Both the position numbers and the translations under genes were made by a program. Shown piece after piece: positions 1-9,483 of a DNA stretch of 64,000 bases; positions within the stretch are counted from its first letter, which is position 1, and every line of letters starts with the position of its first letter. Below the pieces are notes generated by a model that ran no database searches, was not told the origin of the DNA, and worked only from the letters and a program-made list of their open reading frames with translations. The stretch lies in the sequence record MW749006.1; one strand, 5' to 3'.

Positions 1-493
1 AACCTTTAGTAGCATTACTTTTACTAGGGAAATATTTAGATAGTTTATCTTGATGTATCTTAGTTTGCTTCTCAGACTCTTTATAAACTACCTTACCAAA
101 TAAGTTATCTGCTTTATCTTCAGAGAACTCGTTCATGAAAGCACTCAGAGTCATCTTAAGAGTACCTAAAGCTTTCTCTGTGTCAGGTATAAGAGCGCGT
201 GATGCGTCTGTTAGGTCTTTAATGTATTCAATGTACTTACCTTTAAAGTTCTCAGGGATGGTAACTGAGTAAGGTTTAAGGTTACTGAACTTAAGACGTT
301 TGAGTTTGTTCTCTACTTCGAAACGACTAGACAGAACATCAGTGACTAAACGATCGTCATCTAAAGAGAAGACTTTAGTAGTAGCGGTGTTTAAGGTGTC
401 TTTTAGTTTGAAGAAGTAATCACTAATAGCTTCAGTGGAAACAACTGAAGCAGTAGAGTAGTAGTTAACAAATGCTTCTTGGGACAACGACAT
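1..493 (-). CDS. Virion/head-associated protein, partial (runs off window start)
   Basis: Hand-translated open frame from ATG 493 (MSLSQEAFVNYYSTASVVSTEAISDYF...) with no stop before base 1; AGGA upstream; co-oriented with structural genes; not in ORF track. Confidence 0.65.
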   Translation of the reverse strand, partial: MSLSQEAFVNYYSTASVVSTEAISDYFFKLKDTLNTATTKVFSLDDDRLVTDVLSSRFEVENKLKRLKFSNLKPYSVTIPENFKGKYIEYIKDLTDASRALIPDTEKALGTLKMTLSAFMNEFSEDKADNLFGKVVYKESEKQTKIHQDKLSKYFPSKSNATKG

Positions 494-537
494 TGCTTTA
501 GGTTGTTCCTTACTAAACAATAGCATAGATATGTTCC

Positions 538-1626
538 TTAGTAGTTAAACATGAGATGGTATAGACTAACTTCATCGTTAGTGTCTATGTAGTTTAGATC
601 TCTTATGTAACGAGGTAATTCAGAGATACCTTCTAAGAGTAAACCATAGTTAGAGTTAGTGGTGGTTGGTTCTACTGTGTTGATTACATAAGTAACAGCT
701 AAGAACTCAGGATCAGATAACTCTTTCTTAACACCAACATAAAGAGGATAGTCTACAACGTTAGTTTTAGAAGGAACGTAGATAGTAAAGTTAGCTATAC
801 CACCATTACAGATGACACTACCGTTCTTCTGGGTAAACAAAGATAAGTTGAGTTCTGGTTTGTAGAGTTCCCAGTAAAGAACAGAACCTACAGGGTAAGC
901 TGATGTATCTATCTCACCTGTGTAAGACTGACCTTTAATCCAATCACACTTAGGAACATCAATCCAAGTATCACTTAAGATCTTTCTACGACTGAGGAAG
1001 TAAAGAAGAGCATCGTATTGCAAGAGTTTATTGTTAGGTATGATCTTAGGTAACTCATCACACTTAAACTTCGACAGTAGAGAGTTCACTAGTTCTAGGA
1101 TGATAGATGTCTGTCCTAGAGTAATAGCTCTCTTAATGCGTTCTAGATGATCTACAATAGGTTCAAAACCATAGATGTCGTCTAAGAGGTGACGGTGTAT
1201 GGTTGGTGTGAACTCCGTTGGTTTATTAAAAACGTTAGTCCAATCTACTGGACGTTCATCACTGATAACAGATTGATACATGTTAGCAATGGCTTTATCA
1301 CTATAAGTAAAATGACCACCTAACGCTTGGTATGTGATTGTGACTTCAGAACTAACACTGGAGTTAATAACAAGGATGACTGAAGCTATCTCTTTACCGT
1401 ACTTAAGAGTAGCTTCTTGGTGTAACTCAACTATCTGATAATCCATACCACGGGTTAGTATATTAGCACCGTCTCGGATAACTAAGCTATTAGCAAAGAA
1501 AGGTCCGAGGTTAGCAGCTATACTACGGGTAGGTCTGTCAGATAGAGAGTGTGGTTCATCAAAAATCTTGTTATTAACATCTGATCCAGTAATATCTAAG
1601 TCTAGTACCGGGATGTTATATGCCAT
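538..1626 (-). CDS. phiKZ-like virion structural protein
   Basis: 362-aa ORF; N-terminal half resembles conserved jumbo-phage tail/baseplate-region proteins; function inferred. Confidence 0.55.
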   Translation of the reverse strand: MAYNIPVLDLDITGSDVNNKIFDEPHSLSDRPTRSIAANLGPFFANSLVIRDGANILTRGMDYQIVELHQEATLKYGKEIASVILVINSSVSSEVTITYQALGGHFTYSDKAIANMYQSVISDERPVDWTNVFNKPTEFTPTIHRHLLDDIYGFEPIVDHLERIKRAITLGQTSIILELVNSLLSKFKCDELPKIIPNNKLLQYDALLYFLSRRKILSDTWIDVPKCDWIKGQSYTGEIDTSAYPVGSVLYWELYKPELNLSLFTQKNGSVICNGGIANFTIYVPSKTNVVDYPLYVGVKKELSDPEFLAVTYVINTVEPTTTNSNYGLLLEGISELPRYIRDLNYIDTNDEVSLYHLMFNY

Positions 1627-2146
1627 TTAGATTTCCTCTATCGTTTCTAACAAAGATCATCTCGTGTTTACTCTTCTTTAGAACAGCTCGTACGAGGGCG
1701 TGTGGGGTGTGGGGTGCTTCGTCGTCTACAATATAACCGATGTTATTGTAAAAGTTACCAGCGAGCTCTGAACAATAGTAAGAGTCATCACTTGAACCTA
1801 TACCAAAGATACCCTTAACAAAATCCCATAGACCGTAAGGTTTACCTAAATTCTTTAGTAAGAGGTCATAATGACGACTGTTTAATTCTAGATCTGTTTT
1901 GATTAGATAGAAATCATCTGTCATGGAAATAGGAAACAGTCTAACTACCGGTGGAGTTGCTTCAACGATGAATTGTCTGTCACCAATAATGGCTACGATA
2001 GCAACGTGTGTAAACTCTGCTTTGAATATTTTTTGATATAGGAATAAAATAAAGTCGAAGAATGAATTAATTTTCGTAGTTTTCCAGGCTAATAGATCAC
2101 CTGATCTCAATTCTGGTTGTATTTTAGATAAGAGGGTAGTAGACAT
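1616..2146 (-). CDS. Permuted papain-like amidase (YiiX/YaeF, NlpC/P60 superfamily)
   Basis: SGDLL...FTHVAIV...IVEA...LGKPYG...YYCSEL: His before Cys, the permuted order; AAGGA SD. Confidence 0.85.
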   Translation of the reverse strand: MSTTLLSKIQPELRSGDLLAWKTTKINSFFDFILFLYQKIFKAEFTHVAIVAIIGDRQFIVEATPPVVRLFPISMTDDFYLIKTDLELNSRHYDLLLKNLGKPYGLWDFVKGIFGIGSSDDSYYCSELAGNFYNNIGYIVDDEAPHTPHALVRAVLKKSKHEMIFVRNDRGNLNGI

Positions 2147-2480
2147 GCCAATTTCCTTAGCTCAATGGGACAATCATACAATTCGGGCTTTAAAACGCTA
2201 TGCTTTAATGTTTGTTTTTATGATGTGTGTTCCTTTAAGTGCTTATAGTAACGGGTATATCCCACCACAAGCGTTTGACTTTAAGTTGAACATTCAAGAA
2301 GAGTTAGATAAACACTTTGATTATATACCGGACTACAACTATGTTCCTGCTTTAATAGAACATGAATCCTGTCTGTCGCTTTCTCATAGTCGCTGTTGGA
2401 ACTCTACTAGTAGATTGAAGACTCAGAGAGAGGAAGGTGCTGGGTTAGGGATTATGGAGAATAATAATTGGGGATTATAG
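2145..2480 (+). pseudogene. Truncated lytic transglycosylase (N-terminal fragment only)
   Basis: Signal-like hydrophobic stretch, then YIPPQAF...EHESC...REEGAGLG (49/65 aa identical to 3300..4226 by manual alignment); homology stops at the GIY-YIG insertion. Confidence 0.75.
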
Positions 2481-3334
2481 TTAACATTGAGAATGCATAT
2501 ATAGATGACATATTTAGATATGTTGTATATCGTATAAAATTCCCAAATGGTAAAAATTATATCGGATGTACTACTAAATCTGTTTCTGTTAGAATAAGTG
2601 CTCATATAAACATTGCTATGAATTCTAAAGTTAGTCATTATAAAATATATAGAGCCATAAATAAATACTGTAAACATGTAATTAATGTAGAGGTTCTAGC
2701 GGGTTATTTAACAAAAGAAGAGATGTTTACTGCTGAACGCAATTACATAGTTATGTATAATAGTTACGAGGAAGGATATAATTCAACTATGGGTGGAGAA
2801 GGAGCTATTGGAATTGTTTTGTCTGATCAAAGTAGAGAAAATATATCTATTGCTCAGACAAAAAGATTTAGTGATCCAGAACAAAGGGAAATAAATTCAA
2901 TAAACACGTTGAAGTGGATAGAGGATAATCCAGAAAAGGTAAAACTTGCTAACAAAAAAAGAACTAAGACTATTCGTAAACTTTCTGTTAGAGAAAATAT
3001 TTCAAAAAGTTTAAAGAAATATTACACCAATAACCCAGACTCTGTTGTTAAGATGAGAGAGGGGTTAGTAAAAAGATATAGTGAAGATGAAGAGTTACGA
3101 ATGGATATAAGTGAGAGTTTAGGAGGTAAACCTATACTTGTTACTGATATGGAAGGGAAGTTTATAAATGCTTATTCCACTCTATCAGAAACAAGTAGAG
3201 AATTAAATTTAAGTTTGGGTAATATCGGTATGGTTATAAGTGGTAAAAGAAACCATACCGGTAATTACAAATTCAAAAGAATAGAAAGGAGTGAGTACGA
3301 TGAAATTAAGAATAGTAATATGGTTAACACTTAG
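2468..3334 (+). mobile_element. Free-standing GIY-YIG homing endonuclease with C-terminal NUMOD1/IENR1-like HTH
   Basis: VVYRIKFPNGKNYIGCT...RISAH...E...GYN core; TTG start with GGAG SD; A-run-rich compared with flanks. Confidence 0.85.
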
Positions 3335-4226
3335 TCTGTTTAGTAAAGGTGTAATGAGTCAAAGTGTTAGTACCTATATACCACCACAGGCGTTTAGTTT
3401 TAAAGATAACATTAAGATGGAATTAGACGCTCACTTTCCTGACATACCTAACTATAATTATCTACCAGCTTTGGTGGAACACGAAAGTTGTATCTCTTTA
3501 AAACATTCTCGCTGTTGGAATAGTAAGTCTCAATTTAAAACTTCCCGAGAAGAAGGCGCGGGTCTTGGAATGGTAACTAAAGCTTTCAACGCTGATGGTA
3601 CTCTTAGGTTCGATACCTTATACGAGATGCGTAACAGATACAAGAATGAGCTCCATGACGCTTCCTGGAGCACTATCTATCAGCGTCCAGACATACAGAT
3701 CCGTATCATAGTTTTAATGCTTAGAGACGACTACAAGCGCTTGTATGACATCAAAGATGAGTGGGTTAGACTTCATATGGTAGATGCTGCTTACAACGGT
3801 GGTTTAGGTGGACTCAATAAAGAGAGACGTACTTGTGGATTGAAAGCTGGATGTGATCCTCAGTTGTGGTTTGGTCATGTGGAGAAGACTTGTATGAAGA
3901 GTACAAAGATACTATACGGTAATCGCTCAGCTTGTGATATAAATCGCGATCATGTTAAAGACGTATTCAACCATAGACTACCTAAGTATCAGAGTCAATA
4001 CTTTACACCTGTGGTTAAGGTAGAGGAAGTTGTAGAAGAGATAGAGGAAGAAATTATTATTATACCACCTGTGTCTCAGGACTTAATCTTTAACCGGGTT
4101 CCCGAGGTGGTTATTAATAGAATTCCTGAAACTCCTGAAGAGACTAAGAAAGGATTCTTTAGTAGAATATGGAGTAAGTTGTTTTCTTCTAACGTAGATA
4201 AACATTGGGGTATTTATGAAGCGTGA
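3300..4226 (+). CDS. Lytic transglycosylase (SLT-like) with N-terminal signal/SAR segment
   Basis: EHES catalytic Glu motif, GAGLG, AAYNGG; ATG 3300 follows AAAGGAG; hydrophobic N-terminus. Confidence 0.85.
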   Translation: MKLRIVIWLTLSLFSKGVMSQSVSTYIPPQAFSFKDNIKMELDAHFPDIPNYNYLPALVEHESCISLKHSRCWNSKSQFKTSREEGAGLGMVTKAFNADGTLRFDTLYEMRNRYKNELHDASWSTIYQRPDIQIRIIVLMLRDDYKRLYDIKDEWVRLHMVDAAYNGGLGGLNKERRTCGLKAGCDPQLWFGHVEKTCMKSTKILYGNRSACDINRDHVKDVFNHRLPKYQSQYFTPVVKVEEVVEEIEEEIIIIPPVSQDLIFNRVPEVVINRIPETPEETKKGFFSRIWSKLFSSNVDKHWGIYEA

Positions 4227-4899
4227 CGCTAAAGTAATTAGTAGTAACCTTTACGAGAAAGGTGGTAAGATCTACTGTAAACAGAAATGTATTATTGAGT
4301 TCCCTAAATGGTACGCTGATAAAGACTTACTTAACATGGCTGAGTTATCTCATGTGTTTGGTGTGTTTGCTATTATCATTGGTGAGACTTACAGTGTGAG
4401 TGTTATTCCTACTATCTTAACCACTAACCCTTTGATCGTTAAAGAGGTAGTTAAGGATGGTGTTGAATACACTCAGTTTCATTACGGTAAAGATGATCCT
4501 ATCTTAGAGAACACTAAAGCTGTTAAGAAAGAAATGGTGAGTTATAGTTTGTTTGAAAGTTTCTTTATGTACAGTAAAGTACCCTGGTATATTGAGTATG
4601 ATGACTTAGTTAGATTGCTGGATAACTTAGCTAAACACGCAGGTAGTAAGTTAGGTAACAACTTGATTGCTAACGAGGTGTTAGTTGGATTCGTTACTCG
4701 TAATGCTAAAGATAAGAAAGTTTACCATAGACAAGTTATTAAAGATCCTTATGTTTACATTGACTTGATGAACGTTTACTATGCAGTAAGTACAGTAACA
4801 AATAAGTTAGCTGGTAACTACTTTCAGAATGCTATTGTGAGTGCTATAGCACAAAAAGAGAAGACTACTACGAAGTTAGAACAACACGCTTGGCGATAG
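4216..4899 (+). CDS. Conserved jumbo-phage hypothetical protein (possibly virion)
   Basis: 227-aa ORF overlapping the SLT stop codon. Confidence 0.6.
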   Translation: MKRDAKVISSNLYEKGGKIYCKQKCIIEFPKWYADKDLLNMAELSHVFGVFAIIIGETYSVSVIPTILTTNPLIVKEVVKDGVEYTQFHYGKDDPILENTKAVKKEMVSYSLFESFFMYSKVPWYIEYDDLVRLLDNLAKHAGSKLGNNLIANEVLVGFVTRNAKDKKVYHRQVIKDPYVYIDLMNVYYAVSTVTNKLAGNYFQNAIVSAIAQKEKTTTKLEQHAWR

Positions 4900-4909
4900 A
4901 TAGAACAGA

Positions 4910-4937
4910 CTCCATAGAGCCCTAAAGCTCTATGGAG
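4910..4937. terminator. Hairpin between convergent genes
   Basis: ctccatagagc-cctaaa-gctctatggag, perfect 11-bp stem. Confidence 0.7.
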
Positions 4938-4957
4938 ATCTGGTCTTTGTTTAAATA

Positions 4958-6724
4958 TTAGTTGTATTTTATATAAGAGTGTACTTGTGTTTGATGATCA
5001 AAGTTTATATTAGGAAGTTGGAAATTATTAGACCCGTGAAAGGACGGTATGGAACCATCGTAATATTCCGAGTAATCATTCTTACCACCACGGAATTCAG
5101 TGTAAAGGATAGAGTCTAAACTTTCGGTTGTAGATACAGATGCTCCCCCTAGTAAATATATTCTACTACTAGTTACCACTAAATCGTAACTAGATAAAGG
5201 TTTTGGTAATTTCTCTTCTAGTAGAACTAAGTCGCTTAGTGAGCCATCCTCGTTAATTTTTAATCTATAAATATTGTCATAATTAGTTAAATTAATTCTA
5301 CCACCAAATAAATAAACATATTCTTTAGTCACTACACCTTTCAAATAACTATGAGCTATATTCAAAGAAGGATTAGATTGTTCAACTCCTAATGAACCAT
5401 CATCGTCAACTAAGAAATTAAAACCTGAGTTAGTATAATAACCAAGAGAGTAAATTCGTTTACCTGTATTTATTACTACCTGATCTAGAATATGTTTACT
5501 TAAAAACCCATCAATTCTCCATGGACTAATCAACCCGTTTTCTAATATATCTGCAACAACTATTTGATTAGTGGATGTTGTTTCTCCCTCTGGTGTATTT
5601 GCTGCCCCCCGAAAACCACCCATTAAGTAGACTTTAGAGTTAGTGACAAATTGACTTTGCGCTCCAAAATTACCCGGTAGTTTATTTGCCATTACACTCC
5701 AGTCTGTTAAAGATCCATCTGTATTTATATCACAAGTAAATACATCGTAACTACCTCGACCACAAGTCATGTAAATCTTGTTTTTTAGTACAAATAATCT
5801 ACTTAGTTGACTAGTACTCGGTAACTTTTTATCACTAAGAGTCCAAGTTCCAATAACGCCGTTTTTGTCAACTGGAGCGTATTGTATATCGTCTTTTTGA
5901 AATCCTCCAAATAAATATACCATATTTCCAACCAAAAGAGAAGTAGCTCTAGACGTGGGTTTTGCTAAAACTTTAGTATCTATTTTAAAATCAAAAGGTA
6001 TCTGTGAACTATCGTTAAAGAAATGTTGTTGCTTCCAAGGTTCACCGTTAGTTGAAGTAAGGTCTCTTTTAAACTTATCTCCAATAACAGCGTACAAGTC
6101 ACTATACATTGTCTTATCTAAAACACCACCATTACACTTCAAAAAGTTAACTGGGGTAGTAGAGCTTGTCTTACGAATAATATCACCTGTAGTAATGCGG
6201 TAGCTATTAACTAATTCTTCTGCTTGTTTCTTAGTTACCAAGTGAGCTGACTTATATGGATACACCACACTAGTCAAACTACCAATCAACTGCCCACCCG
6301 CTTTAGTTAACAATCCAGTCAAACCAAAACCAGCTAAAGTAGTTGGTTTACCACTTAACTTATCCCAACCTAACTCTGGAATATCAGCACTAACTAAAAC
6401 ACCACCATTTCCAACCACACGTCCTTTATTGTTAACCGCTACTTTATTGTAACGACCAACACTAACACCTGTCTTACTAAATACAATCTGACCATCTTCA
6501 TTACGAAGATCACCACCAAACTCACCTAAACGAGCTACATCTAAAATACCACTAACTACATGACTAACATCAAGACTAGATAAACTACCATCTACGTATT
6601 GTTTAGTAGCTGCTTCCATCGAGTCTTCTGGGTTACGGGACAGGAACAATGGACCCGTCATCACTCCAGCAGCAGCAGTGAAATTGGCTCGGTTAAGAGC
6701 CATGAATGGAGTATTAATACGCAT
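4958..6724 (-). CDS. Tail fibre protein with tail-collar domain and six Kelch-like repeats
   Basis: MTGPLFL...AATKQYVD and KPTTLAGFGL fibre motifs; collar (GDII...FLKCNG...YSDLYAVIG...FQLPN); six VYLFGG-type blades; ATG 6724 has GAGAGGA SD. Confidence 0.8.
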   Translation of the reverse strand: MRINTPFMALNRANFTAAAGVMTGPLFLSRNPEDSMEAATKQYVDGSLSSLDVSHVVSGILDVARLGEFGGDLRNEDGQIVFSKTGVSVGRYNKVAVNNKGRVVGNGGVLVSADIPELGWDKLSGKPTTLAGFGLTGLLTKAGGQLIGSLTSVVYPYKSAHLVTKKQAEELVNSYRITTGDIIRKTSSTTPVNFLKCNGGVLDKTMYSDLYAVIGDKFKRDLTSTNGEPWKQQHFFNDSSQIPFDFKIDTKVLAKPTSRATSLLVGNMVYLFGGFQKDDIQYAPVDKNGVIGTWTLSDKKLPSTSQLSRLFVLKNKIYMTCGRGSYDVFTCDINTDGSLTDWSVMANKLPGNFGAQSQFVTNSKVYLMGGFRGAANTPEGETTSTNQIVVADILENGLISPWRIDGFLSKHILDQVVINTGKRIYSLGYYTNSGFNFLVDDDGSLGVEQSNPSLNIAHSYLKGVVTKEYVYLFGGRINLTNYDNIYRLKINEDGSLSDLVLLEEKLPKPLSSYDLVVTSSRIYLLGGASVSTTESLDSILYTEFRGGKNDYSEYYDGSIPSFHGSNNFQLPNINFDHQTQVHSYIKYN

Positions 6725-6870
6725 AACTATATATCCTCTCAACTGAATTTAACCTAACCAAACACAACATTCGCTAGGTTCTAAAGGGAAACCACAGAAT
6801 TGAATCAACACACATACCTTTTAAATATATACAGACATTACATGGATTACACTCTTTAAGGGAGACTCAC

Positions 6871-7992
6871 GTGAAATATATAGTTGTCTCAGACATACAC
6901 TTAGGTCACATCAGAACACCAACTTCACACATCATCAATTCTTTCACTAAGACAGTCTTCACTGAGAAGAATAAAGATATAGATGTATTCTTTATAGCAG
7001 GTGATCTATTCGATAGACTACTAGACTTTAACTCTATAGATGTTAGAGAGATCCTTAAGTTTCTAGATACACTATTAACTTACTGCACAATCAACAACAT
7101 CAAACTAAGAGTTCTAGAAGGTACTCCTTCCCATGACTGGCAACAACCTGAAGTCATAGTTAAGTTAAATGAACTGCGTGAAAACAAATGTGATCTACGT
7201 TACCACAAGTTTCTAGATATAGAATACATTCCAGAGTTCAACAAACACATTCTCTATATACCAGACGAGTGGTCTAACTGTCACCTAGACATAGAAACAC
7301 AGATCAAAGAGAAACTACAAGAACATTCTATCTCTAAGGTAGACATAGCTATCTTACACGGAGCATTCACTTACCAAGCTCCTATCGCTAAGTATGCAGG
7401 TTTCTTATATAAAGAAGATTACTTCCTTAATCTAGTTCGTGGTTTCATTCATATAGGACACTACCACACTCATACCTTTTTCGATAGAATCATTGCTCAA
7501 GGTAGTCTAGATCGAATGGCTCACGGTGAAGAAGAGTCTAAAGGTTATGTTAAAGTAGAAGGAACTAACTGGACGTTCATTGAGAACCCCAACGCTTACG
7601 TCTACCGAACGATCAACGTAGTAGCCACCACAACTATCAATACGCTAGACAAACACATCCAGCAGCTTCCTAAGGGATCTCACGTTCGTTTGGTTCTATC
7701 TAAAGATCATCCGCTTAATATAGCTTTCCAAGATGTTAAACTTCGTTACTTAGATTATCATATACGTAAGCTTAATAAAGAAACGTTATCGGAAAGTAAT
7801 GAAATCACATATATAGCACTTAGTGAAGATCTAGAGATGTCTGATAACTATGTATTAGACAAGAACATACACAACACCTTAAAGAATCTAGTTTTATCTA
7901 AATACCAACTTAATCAAACTGAACAGAATAAGTTCTTAGGTTATATTAGTATCTTAGAAAACATAGTTGAAGTTGAGGAGGAGGCTATTTAA
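6871..7992 (+). CDS. sbcD: SbcD/Mre11-like metallophosphoesterase nuclease
   Basis: SDIHLGH, AGDLFD, GTPSHD, LHG, IGHYH motifs; SbcC partner at 49427..51859. Confidence 0.9.
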   Translation: MKYIVVSDIHLGHIRTPTSHIINSFTKTVFTEKNKDIDVFFIAGDLFDRLLDFNSIDVREILKFLDTLLTYCTINNIKLRVLEGTPSHDWQQPEVIVKLNELRENKCDLRYHKFLDIEYIPEFNKHILYIPDEWSNCHLDIETQIKEKLQEHSISKVDIAILHGAFTYQAPIAKYAGFLYKEDYFLNLVRGFIHIGHYHTHTFFDRIIAQGSLDRMAHGEEESKGYVKVEGTNWTFIENPNAYVYRTINVVATTTINTLDKHIQQLPKGSHVRLVLSKDHPLNIAFQDVKLRYLDYHIRKLNKETLSESNEITYIALSEDLEMSDNYVLDKNIHNTLKNLVLSKYQLNQTEQNKFLGYISILENIVEVEEEAI

Positions 7993-8789
7993 TGAATTTG
8001 CTATTAACAACTAGAGCTATGTCTGGATTCCCTGTGTCTATAGGAACAGGTTTAGCTCTAGAGACATTGTTTCAACCAACACAAGACGTTACAGATGAAG
8101 GTAGACAAGTCACTAGAATGGAGGACTTAACACAGTACTCTTTGTACGTGTTTAACCTATCTACACTACTACGTAACTTAATAAGTACCTTACCTTCTAA
8201 AGAGTTGTTTCGTATCCCTCGTAAAGAGATATTAGCTACTCTGATAGATGAGATGGACTTTATCACTAACCACTTTGATGCACAGTCTATAGAAGTCAAG
8301 TTCTATGTACATACCTATAAGTTTGTTAAGGATGTGTATAAAGATCCAAAGTACTTGAGGAAACCTTCTACTGACCAACAACACTTAGTAGATAGTATAA
8401 TGGAATACTGTCTTGAGAAACTAAAGAAAGAAGAATCAGTCTCTACTTTCCATAAAGATATCAAGTATGAGAAACAAGACACTGTGCTTCTCTTCACACA
8501 CGTTCCGTTTGATCTACTTAGTCACGGTAGGTTTATGAAACTAGACCTTTTAGAATCTCACACAGGACTGATTAAGACACGTAAAGATTGGTGGTCTAAG
8601 TACTATCCTATTCCTAAAGAGGATATGTCGTTTATGCCCTTTCAGGAATACGCTTTATCTATCTTCGGAGATAAGATAATGTTTAAACCAGCTCCTTTAG
8701 CAGAACGTAAAGCTCTTCTAGAAATGATGAGAAAGAAAGGTGTGAATCCTTTAACCTCTGAACTCGGTATGATGTTCCTGAATAAATAG
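7992..8789 (+). CDS. Conserved Chimalliviridae core protein (phiKZ gp66-like position)
   Basis: FPVSIGTGLALE motif; synteny immediately after SbcD. Confidence 0.6.
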   Translation: MNLLLTTRAMSGFPVSIGTGLALETLFQPTQDVTDEGRQVTRMEDLTQYSLYVFNLSTLLRNLISTLPSKELFRIPRKEILATLIDEMDFITNHFDAQSIEVKFYVHTYKFVKDVYKDPKYLRKPSTDQQHLVDSIMEYCLEKLKKEESVSTFHKDIKYEKQDTVLLFTHVPFDLLSHGRFMKLDLLESHTGLIKTRKDWWSKYYPIPKEDMSFMPFQEYALSIFGDKIMFKPAPLAERKALLEMMRKKGVNPLTSELGMMFLNK

Positions 8790-8794
8790 AGAAG

Positions 8795-8840
8795 AACAAC
8801 TACTACTCCCGTTAAGAAGTAGTAGTTGTTTGTTTTCTTT
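8795..8840. terminator. Bidirectional terminator
   Basis: aacaactactact...agtagtagttgtt stem plus T tract between convergent genes. Confidence 0.7.
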
Positions 8841-9399
8841 ACATCATGTACATGTCATTCATAGGAATAGACGGTACTTCAATAGCTTCAAGTTCAGCTT
8901 CAGTGCTAGTAGCCATAAGAGCACTACGAATAGTAGCTGTATCAAAGAAGCGTTGTTGGAACACACTAGCGATAGCTAAAGCTAAAGCGTTCAGAACTTC
9001 GATGGTAGGAACAGCGTATAATTCGTTAGAGTGATCAATCCAACCTGTAGGTAATTCACCTAAAGCTTGGTGTGATACTAAAGCTTGACTAACACGAGCA
9101 CGAGCTAGTTCGTCAGCGTCAAAAGTACGACCATCATGTTCGATAGGTTGATCTAAAATCCACTTACGATAAGTAGCCAGTTGATCTAATTTAGATTGTT
9201 TCTTCATTTCAAAAGAAACAGTATGAACTGGTTTAGCGATAACAACCCAACGATCACCAACGACAGTTGCATAATGTCCTTCTGGAATAGAAGGAGCACG
9301 ATCAGTTGTGGTGTCTGGTGGAAGAATTGGATTACCGGCTAAGTCGATATCAATTTCGATCTCAACTACTTGACCAGCAACATTACGAAATGCTTTCAT
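8839..9399 (-). CDS. DUF4376-type tail fibre assembly-associated protein
   Basis: KLDQL...DGRTFDAD..AR.R...W...N pattern; ATG 9399 with AAGGGGA SD. Confidence 0.7.
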   Translation of the reverse strand: MKAFRNVAGQVVEIEIDIDLAGNPILPPDTTTDRAPSIPEGHYATVVGDRWVVIAKPVHTVSFEMKKQSKLDQLATYRKWILDQPIEHDGRTFDADELARARVSQALVSHQALGELPTGWIDHSNELYAVPTIEVLNALALAIASVFQQRFFDTATIRSALMATSTEAELEAIEVPSIPMNDMYMM

Positions 9400-9483
9400 A
9401 GGAAAAATCCCCTTATAGTTTAAAATTACAAACAAGAACATTAGATGGTAGGTTCAGAATATTAAAACAGGAGCAACACCCTC

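Noticed and set aside
2452-3570. Group I intron joining SLT copy 1 to the 3' half
   Set aside because: No non-coding room for a ribozyme core: the endonuclease starts 16 nt after the breakpoint and overlaps the next ORF, and a complete second 5' half exists
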